A stretch of DNA of 63,474 bases, counting the filler, from Thraustochytrium aureum (lineage: Eukaryota): the NCBI GenBank assembly GCA_012862495.1. It is 10 parts of 6 records of this genome, joined end to end, with 100 filler letters (N's around TTAATTAATTAA, not from the genome) between each part and the next. Parts side by side here need not be neighbours in the genome. Positions count along the whole stretch, not along the records: positions 18,206 to 41,731 come from BLSG01000051.1; 9 more parts are not named here. The stretch is one strand, 5' to 3'. Shown here one piece after another: positions 23,974-36,266 of the stretch. The notes beneath the pieces are model-generated. The model made no database searches. It was not told the DNA's origin and worked only from the letters and a program-made list of their open reading frames with translations. A program made the translations under genes and the position numbers. The first letter of the stretch is position 1. Each line of letters starts with the position of its first letter.

Positions 23974-24540
23974 TCCGCTCACCGCTCCGAGAGCGTTCGG
24001 TGGGCCAACGGGTGGGCCTGCGAGCGCGACGTGCGCGGCGCTCCGCCAATCACACGCCCGAGCCTCTCGGAAGCTGGCAGCGAGCTCGGCCGGCCTTCAA
24101 GTTGCGTTTTTTCAGTGTAATGTGTTCCACTCACTCGAGGACAACAGGCGGAAAGACACCAATCGAGAATTCTTCGCAGTACACCAGCACGCGGCTGGCA
24201 CTCGGCCGGCAGTCTCTTGAGGGCCTCCGCCTCATGCGCCTGAACTGCAGGAGATGCGGCTCAGTTCGCGGCCTCACAGGCGCGTTCGCACGCCAGGAGA
24301 GATCGAATGATTGATGATTGATTGTCCACCAACCCCCCGCCTCCCTTCGCTCCGCGAGTACATACATCCTTACTCTCCCTACTCTACCCTACCTACTCTG
24401 CTGCCACTCCGAGTCGTCTCATCAGCGAACATCAACACTCTGCACAACCTCGAGCGCCTCAACCGTATCTCGGCAGCAGTTCCCGAAAGCAAAGATCGTT
24501 GACGCAAGTCGTGCGGCTCTGCGACAGGCAGACCTCGAGG

Positions 24541-25405
24541 ATGGGCGCCGCGTTCTCCGAGTGCAAGGCTCCGCAGGCCGACGAGGTGAGGGAGAACGGC
24601 TTTGCACAAGCAGGCTTTGGCAAACCAGCCCCCGTGGTCCTCGCAAGGGGCAGCCGAGGCGCGCCCGGAGCGGGTCGCTCGCATGCTGGCTCGGAGCGGA
24701 CGCTGAACGCCGCGAGCGACTCCAATGTCTCGCCGGCCTCGACGGTGACCTCCGTGAGCAGCGTCGATTCCACGGTCTGGTCATCCACGATGCACGTCGC
24801 CAGGCCGACTCCGCCCCGGACCCCGGCATCCTCGCCGCTTCCGATCAAGCGGCGCGGCAGGTCGGCTTCGGTGGCCCCCTGGCCTTCCAGGGCGCCGCTT
24901 GCGAGCCGGCCTGCGCTCCGAGCGCCCTCTCAAAGCATGCAGGCACGGGCCAGGCTGTGCCGCAAGGCGTCGTTGCGAAGCGGGCTCTCCAATCTCGGGC
25001 AGATGTGCAGCTGGGACCAGGCGGCGCAAGAGGATGCGGAGCTNNNNNNNNNNNNNNNNNNNNNNNNNNNNNNNNNNNNNNNNNNNNNNNNNNNNNNNNN
25101 NNNNNNNNNNNNNNNNNNNNNNNNNNNNNNNNNNNNNNNNNNNNNNNNNNNNNNNNNNNNNNNNNNNNNNNNNNNNNNNNNNNNNNNNNNNNNNNNNNNN
25201 NNNNNNNNNNNNNNNNNNNNNNNNNNNNNNNNNNNNNNNNNNNNNNNNNNNNNNNNNNNNNNNNNTGCCACGGCGATGCGTTCGACGAGCCGCGATCTGC
25301 ATCGAGCAGGAACCAGACTATGCGCTCGCGTTCTTCGAGCCCCGCCTGGAGCGGCGGCGCGAGGCGCGCTTGCAAGAGCTCGCCCTAAACTTTACGAGCA
25401 AGTGA
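24541..25405 (+). CDS. Hypothetical protein with possible N-myristoylation motif (gapped)
   Basis: MGAAFS start (MGxxxS); Ser/Pro-rich; a coding-like frame after the gap ends ...ELALNFTSK*. Confidence 0.4.
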
Positions 25406-25658
25406 GGCGGCCCTGGCGCGGCGTGGCGGGTGGGCATTGGCCGGCTCGGTTGACCCGAGCCGGTCCAACGCCCGCACCTTTTTTTTTAACATACTTTACG
25501 ATCGGATTGTTGGACGGTGCCGCAATCGCGCCGGCTGGGGCGACCTTGACTTAGGCCTCGGACCGAAAAACGAAAACGAAACGAAACGAAAACGAAAATG
25601 AAACGATTGCACACAAAGCACATCCAGGCCCCGCCGCGCTGCGGCGAACTGGAGCCAT

Positions 25659-26943
25659 CTACATGATCAAGCAGCCGCCGCCGCCGCCGCCCTTCTTCTT
25701 GCCTTTCTTCCCCTTCTTGCTGGATTTGGCCTCCGCCTTGGCCTCCGCCTTGGCCTCCGCCTTGGCCCGCTCCTCCGCGCGCTTGGCCTCTGCCGCAGCC
25801 TCGGCAGCCTCCAGCTCGCGCTTGCTCTTCAAGTCTGACTTGAGGCCCGCCAGTGGGTCTGCCTTGGCCGCCTGCTCAGGCGAGGGCTCGGGCCACTCGC
25901 TGAGAAACAGGCGGGCCTTCTCGGTCGTGCCAATCTTGCGCCCGGTCTTGGAGTATACAAACGTGAACACGTATTGGTGCAGCACCCCCCCGCTGACCTT
26001 GAACAAACGCATGCACAGGAGGTCGACTGACGTGTCATACGGGCCCTTCCGGTCTGGGCACAGCTGATCGAGGACCTGGTGCACCGCTTGCTCCCACGAA
26101 AACGCCTCAAAGTTGTTGTCCAGGTCGAGACGCAGCTCGTCCGCCTTCTGCCCCTTGGCAAAGCCGGTGATCGTAACGCCAGGGCCCTCTGGGTCGCCCC
26201 GCGACGTCCGTGTCACCGTGGAGCTGGCACAGTCGAGGTTGAGCAGGAACCTGAGCTGCCCCTGCGGCGTGTGCACCATGATGCACCCGTCGCGGTGGAC
26301 CTCCGCAACCACAGCCTTGCCCTTGCGACGCGCCACCGTCTTGAGCACGACGTTGAGCGTCGGCAAGTAAATGTTGGCCGAGGGGGCCACCCCGGACAGC
26401 GTCGGCTCGTTCCTGAGGGAGAGCGCAAATACAGAATCGGACTCGACGTGGCCCGGCGAGAGCCGCCGGATGGTGCCCGATCGCGCTTCCGTGTCGGGGT
26501 CAAAGTCGACCGCGATGACATCGCCCTTGTCAAGCAGGGCCTGTTTCTTGGAACTCTCGTTCATCTGAAACAAAAAGGTTATCGGCCGGGTGCCCTCCTG
26601 CTCGTCGCAGGTCAGGCTGACCACGGGCCGCGCTTCGGTGGTTTTACAAAGTAGCGCGGCGTTCGCTTGGCCTCACCGACGCTGGCCGGGCACACCTCGT
26701 GGAATCGCTCCATCCCGGAGACGATCACCTTGCCGGGGCCCTCGAGAGACCCGCCGCACCGCCCACAGAGCGGGGTCGCGTCGCCCATCATGACCTCCAT
26801 CTCCTTCCTGATCTCCTCGTTCTTCTCGGTCAGCGCGGCGTCGTTCAGTACGTCCTTGTCTTTGGAGGCCTTGGCGCGCTCCTCTTCCCCGGCAGTGCCT
26901 TTCACGACCGTCCGCCGGTTAATTGTGCCGTGTTTGTCGCAGT
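25659..26943 (-). CDS. Prenylated (CaaX) protein with LIM-like Zn finger half and PH-like region; 5' end in gap
   Basis: CGRC...RFHEVC; frameshift near 26630; C-terminus KKGKKGKKKGGGGGGCLIM*. Confidence 0.75.
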
Positions 26944-29598
26944 NNNNNNNNNNNNNNNNNNNNNNNNNNNNNNNNNNNNNNNNNNNNNNNNNNNNNNNNN
27001 NNNNNNNNNNNNNNNNNNNNNNNNNNNNNNNNNNNNNNNNNNNNNNNNNNNNNNNNNNNNNNNNNNNNNNNNNNNNNNNNNNNNNNNNNNNNNNNNNNNN
27101 NNNNNNNNNNNNNNNNNNNNNNNNNNNNNNNNNNNNNNNNNNNNNNNNNNNNNNNNNNNNNNNNNNNNNNNNNNNNNNNNNNNNNNNNNNNNNNNNNNNN
27201 NNNNNNNNNNNNNNNNNNNNNNNNNNNNNNNNNNNNNNNNNNNNNNNNNNNNNNNNNNNNNNNNNNNNNNNNNNNNNNNNNNNNNNNNNNNNNNNNNNNN
27301 NNNNNNNNNNNNNNNNNNNNNNNNNNNNNNNNNNNNNNNNNNNNNNNNNNNNNNNNNNNNNNNNNNNNNNNNNNNNNNNNNNNNNNNNNNNNNNNNNNNN
27401 NNNNNNNNNNNNNNNNNNNNNNNNNNNNNNNNNNNNNNNNNNNNNNNNNNNNNNNNNNNNNNNNNNNNNNNNNNNNNNNNNNNNNNNNNNNNNNNNNNNN
27501 NNNNNNNNNNNNNNNNNNNNNNNNNNNNNNNNNNNNNNNNNNNNNNNNNNNNNNNNNNNNNNNNNNNNNNNNNNNNNNNNNNNNNNNNNNNNNNNNNNNN
27601 NNNNNNNNNNNNNNNNNNNNNNNNNNNNNNNNNNNNNNNNNNNNNNNNNNNNNTCAACCTGTTGCTTGTGTGCTTGTTGCCCTCGATTTCCCACTGGCAC
27701 TGGCACGAAATGGCGAGCAATGCCAGCTGCAATCGCAGGCGCTGGCAGATGGACAAGGGCCGCCATGAGCGAGCGAGCGAGCGAGCGGGCGGGCGGGCGC
27801 TTTCACCCGCTCTCTAGCGGCTGCCTCTGCTTCATTTCAGTTCATTTCATCTCACGTTGGCGCGCAAGTGACGTACTACGCAAGTACTCACGCACGCATC
27901 ATAACATGCCTCGAGACTCTCTCAGCTCGCAGAAAGTGTCCGTGTCGCTGCGAGAACTCGAAGAGCTGGGGTGCGTGTGTGGCGTGGCGTGTGCGTGTGC
28001 ATGCCCAATGCGTCACCGATGCGGGTCACGGACGGACGGACGGACGGACGCACGGAGCAAGTCCGCTCTCAGGCCGCCCCCGCATTCAGAATTCAGCCAC
28101 GGGGCAGCCAGGGCTCTGCGCCTTGGTGCCGTTTCGACGGACATGCGCGGGCTCGGAGCCATGCGTTGTGATGAGTTGGGCTGGGACAGGTATCGTGGGC
28201 CTGCAGGTCGAAGAGTCACATCATGATCATGCTCGGCTTGTCCTTCCCTGACTGCGTCAGTTCAGCTCCGCTCTCGTTCTCGTCTTGGCTTCAATCGCGA
28301 GTTCACTGCAAACAGAGACGCAGAGAAACTGAATCCTGGTTGGTTGGCGCCAGGAGGCCAACGCGCCGCCCTTTTTGAGAACGCGCAGGGTGCCGTGAGC
28401 GGCACAAAATGGCTGCTTGCCCAAGCGGGATGGGCGAGCATCGAATTCACGACGATGCAGCGCAACCCAGAACCATCTCACCTCTCTAGCTAGAGCTAAG
28501 GTCACTTGGTTGTCAGTCTCTGCGGCGCAAGCTGAACGCGGGGCGGCTGGTGAGACGAACGTTGAGCGGTGCAGGGCGACGGTTTGTTCAGCCGCTTTCG
28601 ATCACGGTCGATTGGATGGCCGCAAACCAAACTGCAAACACGGCTTTCCGCGAGGGCAACGAGCATCCAAGCGCGAGGAACGCACAGACCTCGATTCACC
28701 AAATGATGAGCACGGAAGGCAAGGCCCGGCAAACGGCAAAGTCGGTCGACGCTCGGTGGAGCTTGCGGCGCGAGCCCAACAACAACGTGTTCAGGCGGCT
28801 CATCGCGCCGCAGCGCCGCAAGTCGCTTATCCTCTGTAGAAAGACGTCCTTCACCATTTGCAAGCCTCAGCAAAGCACGGTGCGGCGCCCGCGAACCGGT
28901 GAGCCCCCTTAGAAAATGCGACGCTGGCCCAACGGCCGGCCATGAGCACTCTGCTAGTTGCGGGACCGAGGCGTGGCATGGGTGCCGCAAAGCCTCGTAA
29001 AACCGCTGGACATACAGCACAAAACCCAACCTGGATTATAATTATAAATGCAGCGCTTTCTCTTGGGATGGGCCTGAGCAATCATGGTCCACCTCTGCCC
29101 ACACCACACCGAGTTTGTGCTCTCAAGCTGGACCTAGCTCTCTGCACTAGTGCACGTAGACTCCTTCCGCGCGTTCACCCCGAGCACGCCCACTTGCAAG
29201 TTCTCGCTGCCGCTGGCTCCCGGTGCGCTTACGAAAGTGCAGCACGGCCGGGCGGCTTGGCCATGATAGACTCCAAAAAATCAAAGTGCTTGAGCTGCAG
29301 GCGCGACTTGTTCGCCTGCAACCGGTGTGAAGGCACACTCGCTCGAGCCTGCGCCCTTGCAGCTCGAGAAGGCACCATGGCAGTCCCACGACTGCCAAAT
29401 TCGTCTTGGAGCCACGCGGCAACACTGCCCCATCCCTCCACCGCCCCCCCTTGTTCGGGTCCACCGCACCCCAAGCGCTGCGGTTTCCCGTTCTGGGCCG
29501 CACGCGAGCTTACTGGGACGTCGTGGGAACAGGTCTTGGAAGCTCGGCAGTTTCCGACTCGTATGCGTCGTTGACAGCTTTGACGCTCATCCGGTTGA

Positions 29599-30756
29599 TC
29601 ATCTGCATCTCGCGCTGCCTTCGCAACGACATTTGCGGTGATCTGATTCGCGCAGCTCGTCGGCGCAGCCTTCGAGGTGCAAGCCGATCTCAGCCGGTCC
29701 GTTCCTCTTCGTCGCAGCTGACTTGGCCCGTGGTCTGAACTTGCTTGCCTGCCTTACGCGCGGCGACTCGCAGCGCTCCGACCTCGTCGCGGGCTTGAGG
29801 TCGACTGGCGCTGCCTCGCGCACTGTCTTCGGCTTCGCCCCTGGGCGACTTCGCACGCTCAGACGGGGAACTGGCTCTGAAAACTTGGGCCTTCGAAAAT
29901 ATAGGCGGGGGCTCGGCACGACTTGGTCTGCTTCCAGCTCTGGCACGTCCGCAGCACAGGGGCCTCGCGCCCACGCGGGCACATCCACGGGCTTGCGCGA
30001 CGACAGCCTCCCTGGCGCGGCTTTCGCACACGAGTCGGAAAATGCGCTTCTATCGCTCTTCGCCCCGAGCTCGGGCCACTCTGTATTAACAAGCCAAGCG
30101 ACGCGGCCCCTAGGCATCCTCGCTGGTGCGCGCGCGTTTTGGAGCTTGCGCAAGACCTCAATATCAGCCGCCATCAGGAGTTGGCTAAGGTACTCGCGCT
30201 CCCGTGAACGGCGCCGAGAGCCGCTCGCTTGCCGCGCTGGCTGGTCTTCGCCTTCGGCCCCACGGCCAGCGCCAGGTTGCGCGTCGGCATGAGCGCGAAC
30301 GGCTTCGAGGCTCTGGCTAGGCCCCTCTGCCTCCTCTGTGCGGGTCAGAGCCTCGATGCCAAGGCCGCCCGCAAGTGCAAGTGCAGGCGCAAGTGCCACA
30401 ACATGGTGCACCTCGTCGTAATACGGCCGTGTTCTGCCTGGTTTGCTGAGCAGAATGCAGCGTACCCTAAACGTGCACGTGCACTTGAAATAGCCCAGGG
30501 GCACGAGTCCTGCTAGGACGGCTTGCTCCTCTTTCGTCTCATGAACGACAACCCAGGCTCCGCTCCGCTCTGGACTCGGCACCAAGACCTGATAATGAGC
30601 ACGCTCGTGCGGCTCCATGGCCGCTGCCCACGTCAGTTTGACATAGAGCATCCGCGCCCGCATCGCGCTTGCTCCGCCCAGCCGGCCGTCGCGCTGCAGG
30701 GGCTCAAACACGTCATGTTCGGCCGTCACCGCCAGCCGAACCCTGTCGCCAAACAT
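29599..30756 (-). CDS. Hypothetical protein
   Basis: Long ORF with globular-looking N-terminal half (LYVKLTW...YQVLVP...TFRVRC); ATG at 30756; no recognised family. Confidence 0.45.
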   Translation of the reverse strand: MFGDRVRLAVTAEHDVFEPLQRDGRLGGASAMRARMLYVKLTWAAAMEPHERAHYQVLVPSPERSGAWVVVHETKEEQAVLAGLVPLGYFKCTCTFRVRCILLSKPGRTRPYYDEVHHVVALAPALALAGGLGIEALTRTEEAEGPSQSLEAVRAHADAQPGAGRGAEGEDQPARQASGSRRRSREREYLSQLLMAADIEVLRKLQNARAPARMPRGRVAWLVNTEWPELGAKSDRSAFSDSCAKAAPGRLSSRKPVDVPAWARGPCAADVPELEADQVVPSPRLYFRRPKFSEPVPRLSVRSRPGAKPKTVREAAPVDLKPATRSERCESPRVRQASKFRPRAKSAATKRNGPAEIGLHLEGCADELRESDHRKCRCEGSARCR

Positions 30757-31658
30757 GCTGGCCGCCGCGCGCCCTGGCGCAACGGCAGCTTCCTGCGCGC
30801 GCTTGCTGCCGTACGACGCGCAAACACTGGGGCTCTGCCGCCGTCTCCAGGGCGCGGCACATGCACGGGCAGCGCGGAGCGAGGCTTTCGAAAGGCGAAA
30901 CCCCCCGGCCTCTCGGAGCAACTGTCACCCACAACTCGCTCGTTGCAAATCACTGAACTGCGCGCTCTGTCTGCAAACTTCCGACGGTGCGCTGAAACGG
31001 CGCTCTCTGCCTTGCCCCGCGATCGTTCGTTCATCGTCGTGATTTCTCTTGAGCAACAGTGTCACGGACGCCGCGTGAGCCGGAGGATGCCAAGCGCGAT
31101 TCTCGCTTGCATTTCCCACGCATTCAACGCAGAGCTCCCCGGTATCCAAACCAAAAGAAAGCACCATGGGGCACAGAGCTGTGGCGATTGGGTTCGCGTC
31201 GGCGCGCAGTGGAGCATTCAGGCCGCCAATCAGGCCGCCTGCCTGCCTGCCTGCTTGAAAGGCGGACGATTGATGGCCCGCAGCCGTTTTCCCGCAACGG
31301 ATCTCTTTACAACTCTTGAAATTCCATATTGCGAAATGGACCACAAGAGCACGGCAGACGCCCGAGTGCGCGTTGCCCGGGGCGCTGAGCGCCGGCGCAG
31401 GGGCGCGGCTGTGCAGGCAGGCGGCAGGCGGGCAGGCGGGCAGGCCGCTAGACGTCCTCGCGAGCGCGTGGCGTCTCGCTGCGGGCCTTTCGCACTGCTG
31501 GCGGCGGATGGGCTCCACTTCGTCGAGGTCGGCCACGGCGACGTCCGAGGTCGAGGCGCGCGGCCAGAGGGCGGCTCGCGAGGGCGAGGGCGCCGGGCAG
31601 GGCGCTGGGGAGCGGAGAGGGGCGCATGGGGTGGCAGGAAGGAGGCGCGGCTATCCGG

Positions 31659-33903
31659 ATGGGGGCGACGTGGAGCCGCTCGAGCCGCTGGCTGGAAGAC
31701 CGCCACTGGACCCCAGCGTGGCGCGGAACCTGAGCCGCATGTACACGAGCCATCGCACGAGCAACAGTAGCGGCACGAGCCATACGAGCGGGGCGACGCA
31801 CGAGACGAACGACACCAACCGGAGCAGCAGCATTAACGATGCTTTCAGCCCAGAAGTGACCAACATGGCCTGCGCCTACGGGCACCTCAGGTTTGCGAAC
31901 GGTGCCATCTTTCAAGGAATCATTTGCAATCGGGTCGAGGGCTTGACGAGGACGAAGTGGATCGAAAGGAGCTTGAGACCCTCGTGGCCAACTTTTTAAC
32001 CAAGGACGGTGAGTGCTTGCACGGCGTGTGGCTCTTCCAGCGACTGTCGTACGACATGCAGGCGCGCTCCCCCGTGGCGAGCTACTCTACANNNNNNNNN
32101 NNNNNNNNNNNNNNNNNNNNNNNNNNNNNNNNNNNNNNNNNNNNNNNNNNNNNNNNNNNNNNNNNNNNNNNNNNNNNNNNNNNNNNNNNNNNNNNNNNNN
32201 NNNNNNNNNNNNNNNNNNNNNNNNNNNNNNNNNNNNNNNNNNNNNNNNNNNNNNNNNNNNNNNNNNNGCTCCTGCAAGATTCGTCTGTGCATATTTACAA
32301 AGGCCCTGTGCAAGTGATGCTCAAGAACGGGCGCATTGTCCTTCCTCTCGCCAAGCAGCTCCTAGGCGGGGTGCAACCGCGCCCTTCGCTGGCCGCGCTG
32401 GAGTGCGGCCAGTTTGACGAGCAGTTCTGCGCGCCTGCGGAGGCAAGTTTCGGTGGCGAGGCCCTGCCCGCAGGCCATTCGGTCGCCAGCCAAGCACCAG
32501 TGAACCCGGGTGCGAACAACACCTCCGGCCAGCCAGAGCCTTTGAGCGATCGAGGCTCGCTGGGATCTATCCCCGCCAATCCCTCGACCTCCGGAGGGGA
32601 CGGCCACGTTGCTTTTACCCACGAAGTCGAGTACGCCAAGTACCCTATAGCCTCTCCGCGAGGGGCCGCATTCTCAACAGTCGTCCGAGGGGGGAGACAG
32701 AGTCTGGCGAGCCTCGCCGGACGCCGAGGCGACGCCTCACGACGTCGGCCGCCAGCCAAGACCGCGGCAGGCCCAACATCAGACGCGACCACCGCGTCCT
32801 GTTCTGGAGCCTCGCCGGGAAAAGAGATGGCCCGCAGCAAGTGGGATGACCCCATAAACAGCGACTTGCACCGAACGCACTTTCACCGCTTCTTGGACCG
32901 GTCCGCCGACTCGGCTCGCGAGCAGCTACACAGCATCCTGCGTTATGTAGCTGTCGCATTTCCTGGCATCGGGTACTGCCAGGGCATGCACTGCGTGGCA
33001 AAGTTTCTCCTAATGTTCAGCGAAGCGCCCGCGCAAAAGCCCGAGGCAGCTGCCTCGCCGAATGCTCAAGGCGGCCCAGCTGGCAGCGCATCCGGCAGTG
33101 GGCGGCAGCTCAACTCGAGCGTGATGCTCGAGACAGAGACTGCATTCGTTCTGTTTGCGCAGCTGCTTGAAGACACAAAGTACAGACTGCAGGACCTCTT
33201 CCACCCAGGGTTTGCGTTCTACAGGTCTGTTTTGGACGATATTGACAAGGAAATCGCCCGGCGCGAGCCCGTGCTCGCCGCCCATCTCGCCGACGCGGGG
33301 CTCTGTGCTCTCGTGTACGCCGCCAAGTGGGTCCTCACGTTGTTCACATTTTACGTGGACCAGGACTTTAGCTCGGTGACCAACGTGTGGCTTCGTTTTC
33401 TCTCGCAGGGCTGGGACGCGATATTGCAGGTCGCGGTCGCCTCTGTCTGCGGGGTCAAGGAGCACCTGCTGAACACTGACGCGGAGGGCTGCATCCTGAT
33501 TCTGTCGGGGACGACAGACGTGACTCCGCATGGCATTTTGGAAACCGTGTTTGGGACGACGCGAGGGCAGGCGCTGCTCGGGGACAAGGGCATGCACGTC
33601 TCCTCCGTGTCGGAGGGGCGGTCGATGGCTGAGGAGCGCCAGCACGAGCGCCAGCACGAGCGCCAGCAGTCAGGTGCGGTGCGGCCGCGCACGGCAGACG
33701 CTGCTCCTGGCCCGTTTGCAACCGAGACGGCCGCGAGTGCGGGCACCCAATTGCCCGCCGCGCCGCCCCTGTCCCCGCCGCTTTCGCTTGCCCCGCTGCA
33801 GGCCGAGCCGTCGGAACTCCATGAGCAAGCTGCCCGCCTCCTGGCAGAGACGCCCAAGCTAGAGAGCCGCGCGGTTCCAAATCGGCGGTATACCCAAGAC
33901 TGA
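31659..33903 (+). CDS. TBC-domain Rab GTPase-activating protein (frameshifted, gapped; start uncertain)
   Basis: INSDLHRT (IxxDxxR arginine finger), IGYCQGM (glutamine finger), YAAKWVLTLF, VWLRFL. Confidence 0.88.
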
Positions 33904-34044
33904 TTTTTGTGTTCATTCCATGTCCCGCGGCGCGGCACCCTGCACTAAGGTAGGGTGGTCGGCCAACCGCGCACTTGCGGCAGTGTCGCCTGCCGCCGAG
34001 AAAAAGCAACTAGGTCAGGCGATCCGCGGCTGATCACGTCGCGC

Positions 34045-34471
34045 TTACTGCGAGTGCGCCAAGGCGGCCGGTTCCTTCGGCACTAGCCTTGCTGCAAGAG
34101 CGTCAAGGAGCTCCTCGGCTTTGCCACAGAGGAAAACCGAGCCGAGGGCGGACGTGATGCGCGTCTTGCACGTGTTGATCTCGATCACCTTGGCCCCCGC
34201 CGCCTTCGCGATCTCCGGTAGGTACCCAGCAGGGTATGTGGATGCCGAGGTGCCAATGACGAGGCAGACGTCGTCGCCCTTGAGCGATTTGGCCGCCATG
34301 AGGGATTTCAGCCAAGCTTCCTCTGGCAGCGCTTCCATCAAGAGGACGCAATCAGGGCGAAGCAGCGCGTTGCAGTCCGTGCAACGAAAGATTGCCGCGG
34401 AGGGTTCAGCCCCTTGAGCAACCTGGTTTGCGATCAACTCTTCAGTGTTGTCGTCCACGATGCGCCAGCAC
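34045..34471 (-). CDS. Sirtuin (CobB/SIRT5-like) NAD-dependent deacylase, C-terminal part; 5' end in gap
   Basis: RCTDCNALLRPDCVL.EALP, VIGTSASTYPAG, VIEINT, GKAEELL. Confidence 0.88.
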
Positions 34472-35140
34472 NNNNNNNNNNNNNNNNNNNNNNNNNNNNN
34501 NNNNNNNNNNNNNNNNNNNNNNNNNNNNNNNNNNNNNNNNNNNNNNNNNNNNNNNNNNNNNNNNNNNNNNNNNNNNNNNNNNNNNNNNNNNNNNNNNNNN
34601 NNNNNNNNNNNNNNNNNNNNNNNNNNNNNNNNNNNNNNNNNNNNNNNNNNNNNNNNNNNNNNNNNNNNNNNNNNNNNNNNNNNNNNNNNNNNNNNNNNNN
34701 NNNNNNNNNNNNNNNNNNNNNNNNNNNNNNNNNNNNNNNNNNNNNNNNNNNNNNNNNNNNNNNNNNNNNNNNNNNNNNNNNNNNNNNNNNNNNNNNNNNN
34801 NNNNNNNNNNNNNNNNNNNNNNNNNNNNNNNNNNNNNNNNNNNNNNNNNNNNNNNNNNNNNNNNNNNNNNNNNNNNNNNNNNNNNNNNNNNNNNNNNNNN
34901 NNNNNNNNNNNNNNNNNNNNNNNNNNNNNNNNNNNNNNNNNNNNNNNNNNNNNNNNNNNNNNNNNNNNNNNNNNNNNNNNNNNNNNNNNNNNNNNNNNNN
35001 NNNNNNNNNNNNNNNNNNNNNNNNNNNNNNNNNNNNNNNNNNNNNNNNNNNNNNNNNNNNNNNNNNNNNNNNNNNNNNNNNNNNNNNNNNNNNNNNNNNN
35101 NNNNNNNNNNNNNNNNNNNNNNNNNNNNNNNNNNNNNNNN

Positions 35141-35752
35141 CGCGCCGCGGTTGCGGGAGGCCCGAGGGGCCTGTGGGCCGGCGCAACGCCTACCGTTGTC
35201 CGGAACGGGTGAGTCTGCTCTGATAGGCAAGCCGCATCGCTTGCCGCTTCTGACGACTGTCTGCTTGCTGGCGCAGGGCTACGGTTGGGTTTCGGTTCTA
35301 CGTCTACGACCTCATCTTGGAAAGGTATTGCGGCGGGAGTGCCATGCTTGGTGAGTTCCCGTGCCCGCTCGGCTTGCGTGCTCTCTGCGCTGACGGGCCT
35401 GCTCGCGGCTTGTGCAGGTGGGGCGTGCGTTGGAGCGCTAAGCGCAGTGTAGGTTCCGTGCAAGGACAGGTTGGTAGCGGCCGGCCAGATTGCCCCGCTG
35501 GTGGCGCTAACGCGTGCGGTGCGAGCGGGACGACCGCCCAGGCTTAACAACCCCGTGGACGTCGTCAAGTCAGAGATGCAGGCGGCGCAGGGCACCGCGC
35601 TGTACCGCGGCATGCTGGACTGCGCATCCAATATTATCAAGACCAAGGGGCTCTCGCACCTGCTCGGCGCCGGGCTCCCAGCACGGGTTTTAAAGATCGG
35701 CATCGGGCAAGGGATCATTTTCCATATCACTGCCACAATGTCGACCAAGTAA
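35141..35752 (+). CDS. Mitochondrial carrier (SLC25; citrate/succinate-fumarate carrier-like), 3' part with three introns
   Basis: Exons 35141-35208, 35277-35350, 35418-35448, 35542-35752 splice in frame to GLWAGATPTVVRNGATVGFRF...MLGGACVGALSAVLNNPVDVVKSEMQ (PxDxxK signature); GT..AG introns with CTGAC/CTAAC branch sites. Confidence 0.88.
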
Positions 35753-36266
35753 GAACTCTTCAGCTCTGCCTAACGATCACAAACGAAACGCTTCGTGCAA
35801 CAATCTCTGCTGCGACCCAAGCAGCCGTTGTTCAGTCTCGTAGGCGCATCCTACCAAAACGTTTGCGGAGCGGCTTTGCGCAGCGAGCCTTGTCGGAGGG
35901 AGGAAGACGCACCCAGTGCCAGCCACTGGTCGAACGGGCAGCTGTTGCCGTCGCCAAGCCGTCACCATCACCAATGTCCTCCTGCCAAAACGATTTTTTC
36001 AGTTCGGCTCGAGCTGGCCCAACGGCTATCTTCCACTCAACTAAAGCCCTCCCTCGTGCGCTGCCGAGCCGGGCGGGCACAGCAGAGGCAGCACCGATAG
36101 CGAGGCTCGCAGCAGATTGGAGCACCGCTGCGGGACGAGCACCAGGCTGGCAAGACGAGGCAGCGCTCGGCTGGAAAAGCTGCGCAAGAAACCTCCATCT
36201 CAAAGCTGCGCACGACGCCCGAGCCCCGCGAGCAGGACCTGAGGAGGCCGCGCGCGGTCCGGCGGG

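Noticed and set aside
27654..29590. Several 100-200 aa ORFs
   Set aside because: No recognisable domains and overlapping frames look equally weak; cannot support a gene call
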